Shown here piece by piece: positions 26,701-32,000 of a stretch of 32,000 nucleotides of DNA (positions are counted from its first letter, which is position 1; the number at the start of each line of letters is the position of its first letter). The stretch spans positions 60,001-92,000 of the forward strand of contig CAZYLT010000008.1 of assembly GCA_964648855.1 (NCBI GenBank). The letters run 5' to 3'. The position numbers and the translations under genes are program-made. Source of the DNA: an uncultured archaeon. Lineage in GTDB: Archaea > Asgardarchaeota > Thorarchaeia > Thorarchaeales > Thorarchaeaceae. The notes under the pieces were generated by a model. It saw only the letters and a list, made by a program, of their open reading frames with translations, had not been told where the DNA came from and searched no databases.

Positions 26701-29700
26701 CTACCATAGGGTGGAAAAATCTCACAATTAGTATTGATTCACTATCTGGGAAATATGAATCAAAGGCAATCAATACAAGGGTCAGATTGATCGGGCGCCG
26801 GACGGATCTCTATCTTGAGGACGCTCCGGTGGCGGTGAACTATCTTCAGAACTTCTCATTCAGTATTGTATATCTTGATGCCGTGAATTTATCTAAGATA
26901 TCGAATTCTTCTGAGAATGTCATTCTCATAGTGACTGCTTTAGAACAAGACAATCCTGCTGTCCAGAACGATTTCATGATCTGGGAATCCGTAACTGAAC
27001 CAGGTCTTTACTACTTCGCTTTGAATAGTTCCCGATTGCAGGGTCTTGGTACCTTTAGTTTTGAGATATTCTTCGGATGGCGGAGTGCTACTGCCCCGCT
27101 TTATGAAAATCAGAGTCTCACAATAAACCTTCTGACTCTCAGTCGCCCAACTTACCTAGATACTAACCCTGTTCCATCAACAGCGTATGGTGAAACGACT
27201 ACTCTAGAGTTCAAATTCATTGATTCCCTCAGTACTATGGTTATTGAAAACTCAAGCAGTCTCGAAGTGTCAATCAATGAGGTAACAGTGATTTGGACCG
27301 TTTCATATAGCACTGCAAGTCAGACATTCTTCGTAACAATCGACACCGAATCTCTGGGTGATGTTGGTGATTTCACGCTTCATCTCAATGTCACATGGAT
27401 AGGAACACCATATTACAACTCGATACAAAGCAAAGAATTCTCAGTTACAGTTACGTTGCGACCTACACAACTGACTCATAATCCATTTATGCCAGGTCAG
27501 TATGCAAGCAACATCACTATCGACTTCCAATACACGGATTTACTGTCGGGCAGTTCCGATGGCATGACAGGAATCCTATCCTTCAATATCACGGGGTCAT
27601 ATTATGACGTCGAAGACCTTGGGCAAGGAGAGTATAGGGTTACCCTAGACACATCTTTCAATGGCACTGTGGGTCAATTTACAATCAATGCCTCAATATC
27701 ATACTCTGGTGGATATTATGAGGCTGACGCAGTGGACATTTTTACTTTGACGGTTTCCACAAGAAATACTCAGCTAGGATACGAGAGCCCCGATGAAACA
27801 GCATATCTTGAAAATTTCACTATCGTTGTCGGCTATACCGATGACTCATCGGGTGAGGGTATAAGCGACGCATCTATAATTGTGACATCAGATCCTCTGA
27901 TTCTTGTTCTTAACACAGATTATTGGGTTTCCGAAACCTCCCCGGGCGAATATACAATCCTATTGAACAGCTCATCATTGGGCGCTCCTGGCGACTACTC
28001 GCTGAATGTGACTGCATCGAAGTCCGGTGAACCCTTCTATGCCAGTGTCGTGAAGAGTATAAATGCCCGTGTCATAGAAAGACCAACTCAAACTCTCATA
28101 ACCAAGACACCGGGTAGCGTACCCTTTCTGGAGAACATAACAATTCGATTCAAGTTCGAGGACTTTCTCACAAGCGAACTAATCGATATTGACCAATCAT
28201 ATATCATATTGTCACATGGGGACGGTGAAACCGTCATCCCCTCTACTTCATACATCTTGACCCAGTATTCAGACTACTATGAGATAGAATTCAACTCAAC
28301 TCTTCTCAATGATTCCGTGCTTGTATCTGGGCACACGATTAAAATCTTCGTCAACAGAAGCAGCATTCTCCCCTACTACTCAGCTAGGTCAAAAGCGGTT
28401 CTTGCTAGCACCATCGAACGACCCACGCAGATACAATTCCCGCTAATACAAGATACGCCTCTGGGCGACAATATTACTATAGAGCTGAGCTATATCGACT
28501 ACTTGTCGGATAAAGGCATCGAAGGTGCAGAACTAGCTGTCAGCTCTAGTAATTTGACCTCCTTTGTGAATTACACAATTGAATTGGGAGATGGTTTGTA
28601 CCGTCTGTTAATACCAAGCGGGCAGTTCGGACAGACTGGCAAGTTATATTTCGAGGTCACATTCAGCAATGATGGCATTCCATTTTACGCATCTAGGACT
28701 GCAAGAAACATCCCTGCAACAATTCGCGTCATCTTTTCGTCAATCTCTTACGAAACACCTCCTGCAGGCGTTATTCCTATTGGAGATCCATTCCGCGTTA
28801 ATGTAACTTATACAGATACCGACCACGAAGTAGGTATAGAGGGTGCAACTATCTCTACCGATTGGACCGACCTTTACGGACATAGTTACACCGTATTAGA
28901 GTTCTCAGAGGGTCGCTACCAAGTAGTGTTGAATACAACGGGATTGATTGCACAAGAATATACCTTCACTATCGCTGCAACACTTCCGTTCTACGAAGAA
29001 AGCGAAGCTAGCCCCACTATTCAGCCTGGTGCCCCCACCGTTCAGATAAACTTGCAGAAGTCCACGTACTATTCTGACTGGGGTCAGATGAAGATGGTAA
29101 GCTTCACTGTCACAGACTCCTACTATGGCACCCTCCTTTCTGGAATGACTGCAACTGTATTGCTCAATGATACATTGTATGACTGCATCGATGCAGGAAA
29201 TGGGACATATTACGTATATCTGAATACTTCCCAAGTAAGCTACGGAGTTTACAATCCCCTGATTACGGTTTCTAGACAGTACTATCAGACAAGACAGCGT
29301 GAGTTTACCCTTGTGATTTACAAAGCAACAGGGGTGATTCTTCCAGAAACTTCATCGATTCAAATTGTACGAGAAACAGTATCTTCATTGTGGATTTATC
29401 TCAATGATACTACCAACAATGAACCTGTTTCTGACGCAACTGTCTATATGATCTGGAATAATACGATAATTCCATTGAGTGCAAATGGTACTGCAGGATT
29501 CTACGAGGGGTCGCTCAATGTTTCGGGATTCTCAATTAGCACTTATGATTTGGAGATATACGCTACTGCCGGTAATCATGAATTTCTCAGCATATCTGTG
29601 GATGTAATCGTGACTCCTATTCCAACTAGTATACTTGTACAGGAAGGTTCAACATCTCTATCAGTGATATACGGCGATATTCTTGGAATCTATGTCGAGT

Positions 29701-31445
29701 ATAATGATACCTACTATGGTGGCTATCTTGATGGTGCAAACGTTTCATTTGTACTGGGAGGCTATACTTCCTCAATGGAACAACTTCCGGACGGCCGATA
29801 CTACGGCCAGATAAATAGCTCGCTCTTTTCGGCGCAAACCTTGTATCTAAGGGTGATCGCTCGAAAGGCCGGGTATGCTCAGGCATCCAGAACTCAACCA
29901 TTCAATATTTTGGCTACTCCTACAGAAACTACTGCAGGTGTATTGACAAACGATGCATATAGAGGAGATACTGTAAATTACACAATCTTCTTGAATAATA
30001 CACACACTAATTCCCCAATACTGGGCGCCGATGTTGACATCGAATGGGCGGGCGACACAGGAACCGCATATGACTTGCAAAATGGGAGTTATGTCATTTC
30101 TATTTTCGTTAATAATTCGGTTCCCAGACTCTATGACGTTTCAATCTCAATTATAAAGCTGAACTACCAAAGCAGTTCCATTACGGTTGGGCTGCTTGTG
30201 AAGCCAACTGATGCTTTCATAGATACAATATCTCAAATCGAAGTTCCTGTAAACGATACTGCAACGGTCATTGTGAACCTCGTCAATCAATTTACCAATG
30301 AAGTGGTTGCTGACATCAATGGTCTAGCAATTTGGGAAACGCTGGGAAGCAGCGAGTTGATTCCTCTTGCAAACGGTAGTTACTCCTTCTCAGTTCCTGG
30401 TGACCTGCCTATAGGTCATTATCGTGTCGCATTGGCATTCTCAACAAATCTATACAGAGTTCCATCACACGAAATACTTGTCAACGTGCGACAGGTATAT
30501 ACAGACCTAATCTACAATCGAACTCAAATCGATGCGTACCCTGGCGCGCCGGTTACAATTCGTATTACCTATCTAGATACAGACCACGATACCGGCATAA
30601 CAGATGTAATTCCAACTGTGAGCGTCACAGAAGGCGAAATAGTATACTACCCTGACAGACTCACAGACTACGATAATGGAACCTACGAACTGTACTTCGA
30701 GATTTTGCAGGCTTATACGATGTATATCAATGTGCAATTTGCTAAGAATGAATATCAGACTCAATCTGTGGAATATACTGTTTTCTCAGATTTGACTTCT
30801 GCACAACAAGCCCAACAGACTGCAATTGTCGGAGGCGGTACATCCCTGATGATAATTGCCATCCTCGTAGTGCTATATGTCAGGGTGTGGAGCATTCCAA
30901 AGCTTGTTCGGAAGTTGAATAAGATGATCAAGGCACTCTCAAAGGGCAAAGTTCCTGATCCTGCTGATGTACCTTCTAGGCAAGCAACTGTCTTGACGGC
31001 AGTCAATGAAGAGATTAAGTCGCTAGCCATAAAGAAGACCGCGGATGAAGTGGCCGAGATACCAATCGATATGCGAGCCCCCGAAGTGAACGAACTGCTT
31101 GCTAGACTCGTAGAAATCACAGCCCTGAGTGAGGACGAGATCGAAGCATTTAGACGTGACCTGTCTCGAATGAAAGCCAGTGAGCGTCCCGGATTCTTAA
31201 AGGAGGTCATAGAGCAGGAGGAAGCTCGCCGAGCTGACGAGCTTGCTGAGAAAGAAGTACCCAGTGACGCAGCACCCGAGGAATCTCTTGAGCAAAGACC
31301 CGAGGATATGGAGGATTTGCGGTCAAAGCTTCTCAAGAAGGGTCTGCCTAAGGATGAGATAGACTTGATTCTGGAAGAGGCCAAAGGATTGTCAAAGGCA
31401 GATATCGCAGCTTTGCTTGAGAGTCTTGGACTAGACTGGGACTAG
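23772..31445 (+). CDS. Giant type-I membrane surface protein B (2,557 aa), full-length paralog of A
   Basis: GTG start overlaps the TGA of gene A (GTGA), with a GGAGGTGA RBS at 23758-23765. Same domain order as A. TM ~30822-30881. Confidence 0.9.
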   Translation: MNRKALIVSYVLAAILILPIFSSIVTISGQSGNMSGLPSHDFTGDKGDTPPQFETNKYPTLSGALSSWEGTSSGLPVSEYGNRTDTFDDNQMIYSSSSQTTTNTSVDIPLGNGWEGHNIFLSVNDLTENRTWVQDPDMENSPSSWTLTDVTGDASWLSDGHGTNDDSAQFSYNGDPNEGKIAYVSQDMSVPRGDVVWAGLRLDYWIDSAWSDGDGFVAIYVTVETSNFNQRVWQKSFNDVDQAQTWFDSGLIEIDDLTLFDLSDDVYIEVGLYSQQTVNYSPDLDPEARVDNVELYLKTLAAPTNVNLKAEGYDVNNYTVGGTTLYGIGNLSYTPSSTWTSSPVSIEFSWTPNPLPPSPNRTILVDFTATTDLYARASNMTVSTQDPTAYGETFHVTNATDVEYQTWHYADIPDGYDNRYDFNLTLPEGRDVNYVGSPLLTTENISTWSEGEWWARIPAYDYADRWGYWLIRSRAPNGVQNILMQHQGTGTTAQSIDMRANDQSSFITVHDSAFAGHIVNITVFDPTGFPWYSELSTINSTGYAETSALTFGTNASAGGWQVQATLNNSLSGSAWNKTGFFVRAFNVIHASTATLLSPADAVSTWIANVTYPDLFLVRILVNDTDIPGVTVPGGSMTYNWTDGINEFGDNGDGEYIVTLDSTDLGAKGQYTIDIQWNHPNFDSITETLTVNLNLDGSLVIVSPDSPSQDGPIGDNQTFRIRFEDYFGPGIDDGQLSTNWSNPYYITEVSGSPGTFDIAFATTGMELDEYVVNLTATADFILPQSRLLYVTVRELYTKATYLQNVLDIPVGEARSFTIEWSDVDHDEPMTGMNNSIISNWSLNHVQGDMNYTVEEVSPGSYNVTIYTVDSDTLATYPVRFDLTGYQIQNQTFVIDVVVKEHKTVFLLDEPVQQTDHGNDIIILVFFEDTDLDIGVSNDTGDIIITVETPELPSVTFSVTDSLLGTGHYNISIDSTQWSTIGWKNLTISIDSLSGKYESKAINTRVRLIGRRTDLYLEDAPVAVNYLQNFSFSIVYLDAVNLSKISNSSENVILIVTALEQDNPAVQNDFMIWESVTEPGLYYFALNSSRLQGLGTFSFEIFFGWRSATAPLYENQSLTINLLTLSRPTYLDTNPVPSTAYGETTTLEFKFIDSLSTMVIENSSSLEVSINEVTVIWTVSYSTASQTFFVTIDTESLGDVGDFTLHLNVTWIGTPYYNSIQSKEFSVTVTLRPTQLTHNPFMPGQYASNITIDFQYTDLLSGSSDGMTGILSFNITGSYYDVEDLGQGEYRVTLDTSFNGTVGQFTINASISYSGGYYEADAVDIFTLTVSTRNTQLGYESPDETAYLENFTIVVGYTDDSSGEGISDASIIVTSDPLILVLNTDYWVSETSPGEYTILLNSSSLGAPGDYSLNVTASKSGEPFYASVVKSINARVIERPTQTLITKTPGSVPFLENITIRFKFEDFLTSELIDIDQSYIILSHGDGETVIPSTSYILTQYSDYYEIEFNSTLLNDSVLVSGHTIKIFVNRSSILPYYSARSKAVLASTIERPTQIQFPLIQDTPLGDNITIELSYIDYLSDKGIEGAELAVSSSNLTSFVNYTIELGDGLYRLLIPSGQFGQTGKLYFEVTFSNDGIPFYASRTARNIPATIRVIFSSISYETPPAGVIPIGDPFRVNVTYTDTDHEVGIEGATISTDWTDLYGHSYTVLEFSEGRYQVVLNTTGLIAQEYTFTIAATLPFYEESEASPTIQPGAPTVQINLQKSTYYSDWGQMKMVSFTVTDSYYGTLLSGMTATVLLNDTLYDCIDAGNGTYYVYLNTSQVSYGVYNPLITVSRQYYQTRQREFTLVIYKATGVILPETSSIQIVRETVSSLWIYLNDTTNNEPVSDATVYMIWNNTIIPLSANGTAGFYEGSLNVSGFSISTYDLEIYATAGNHEFLSISVDVIVTPIPTSILVQEGSTSLSVIYGDILGIYVEYNDTYYGGYLDGANVSFVLGGYTSSMEQLPDGRYYGQINSSLFSAQTLYLRVIARKAGYAQASRTQPFNILATPTETTAGVLTNDAYRGDTVNYTIFLNNTHTNSPILGADVDIEWAGDTGTAYDLQNGSYVISIFVNNSVPRLYDVSISIIKLNYQSSSITVGLLVKPTDAFIDTISQIEVPVNDTATVIVNLVNQFTNEVVADINGLAIWETLGSSELIPLANGSYSFSVPGDLPIGHYRVALAFSTNLYRVPSHEILVNVRQVYTDLIYNRTQIDAYPGAPVTIRITYLDTDHDTGITDVIPTVSVTEGEIVYYPDRLTDYDNGTYELYFEILQAYTMYINVQFAKNEYQTQSVEYTVFSDLTSAQQAQQTAIVGGGTSLMIIAILVVLYVRVWSIPKLVRKLNKMIKALSKGKVPDPADVPSRQATVLTAVNEEIKSLAIKKTADEVAEIPIDMRAPEVNELLARLVEITALSEDEIEAFRRDLSRMKASERPGFLKEVIEQEEARRADELAEKEVPSDAAPEESLEQRPEDMEDLRSKLLKKGLPKDEIDLILEEAKGLSKADIAALLESLGLDWD
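25536..30790 (+). repeat. 17 tandem Ig-like repeats in protein B (protein level)
   Basis: Same consensus as in A and collinear with A repeat by repeat. Confidence 0.8.
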
Positions 31446-31482
31446 CTTATCTGAGCCATTGGATTGAAATATGAGACACCGT

Positions 31483-32000
31483 TCAGTCAAAGGTTGTTTC
31501 AATCTCATCAAGTAAGTCTGAGTGTCTGTCGAAATACTTCCTCGCGGGCTCAAGCATCTCAATAAGATATTCACTCACCGCCTTTTTCACATCAAGCGGG
31601 TGCAATTCTCCAGAAGTATATGCGTTTTCAAACTCGGAGACTGTTGAGAACTCAACGTCGCCTCCAAATTTCTTTTTTCGTGGGATCACTATTTTCTCAA
31701 CCCGTGGAAAAATGATATACCTGACTGTAGATGTGATGGCATTATCTTGAAGGCCTTCAGCGGGACAATAAGCCTTCTTGATTGTCGACCTTATTTCTTC
31801 TGGGCTATCGGTTACTCTAATGTGAGACAAGGCGTCACTTGCGGACATTTTTGCTCCTCCACCCCGAAGAGACGGAAGCAATGGCATGAATATGTACGCT
31901 CCCTTCTTCCCTCCCACATCTTCAAGGAGCTCTCGACCAAGCATGTAGATATTCCTTTGATCTATTCCTCCAACAGTAACATCTGCATCCAAATACTTGA
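31483..32000 (-). CDS. tyrS: Tyrosine--tRNA ligase, archaeal/eukaryotic type; C-terminal part only, 5' end outside the window
   Basis: GGIDQR, PLLPSL..KMSAS (KMSKS loop), IKKAYCP, KFGG and LHPLDVK. The frame stays open to base 32000. Confidence 0.93.
   Translation of the reverse strand, partial: KYLDADVTVGGIDQRNIYMLGRELLEDVGGKKGAYIFMPLLPSLRGGGAKMSASDALSHIRVTDSPEEIRSTIKKAYCPAEGLQDNAITSTVRYIIFPRVEKIVIPRKKKFGGDVEFSTVSEFENAYTSGELHPLDVKKAVSEYLIEMLEPARKYFDRHSDLLDEIETTFD

Noticed and set aside
17812-30790. Calling the giant proteins cadherins, integrins or S-layer proteins
   Set aside because: No LDRE/DxNDN, FG-GAP or vWA motifs were seen, and the long conserved cytoplasmic tail is atypical of S-layer proteins. 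Only an architectural analogy is supported.
1-32000. tRNA, rRNA, CRISPR arrays, transposases/integrases, diversity-generating retroelement
   Set aside because: No T-loop/cloverleaf, spaced direct repeats, recombinase or RT ORFs, or near-identical TR/VR pairs were seen by eye. A computational scan could still find subtle cases.

Overview
Gene-dense archaeal window, most likely from an Asgard archaeon (Thorarchaeota-like). This is inferred from the archaeal/eukaryote-type TyrRS, the 24-aa LRR family and the giant Ig-repeat membrane proteins; it is not proven. Positions 1-15.8 kb hold amino-acid and central carbon metabolism genes: a lysine 6-/saccharopine dehydrogenase, IlvA, an SDR-type threonine 3-dehydrogenase, PpdK, an uncharacterised fold-II PLP enzyme and an ADP-forming acyl-CoA synthetase alpha subunit. 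They also hold a membrane alpha/beta hydrolase, an LRR protein, a PIN+TPR-like protein, two small membrane proteins and a cupin. Positions 16.0-31.4 kb are the standout: two overlapping (GTGA) paralogous genes for ~2,560-2,590-aa type-I membrane proteins. Each has a signal peptide, a ~600-aa head with a CBM-like module, 17 in-register ~100-aa Ig-like repeats, one TM helix, and a conserved ~187-aa cytoplasmic tail containing a duplicated helical motif. This is a candidate paired adhesin/receptor system. The window ends in the 3' part of tyrS. No tRNA, rRNA, CRISPR array or mobile element was seen. All alignments and counts were done by eye.
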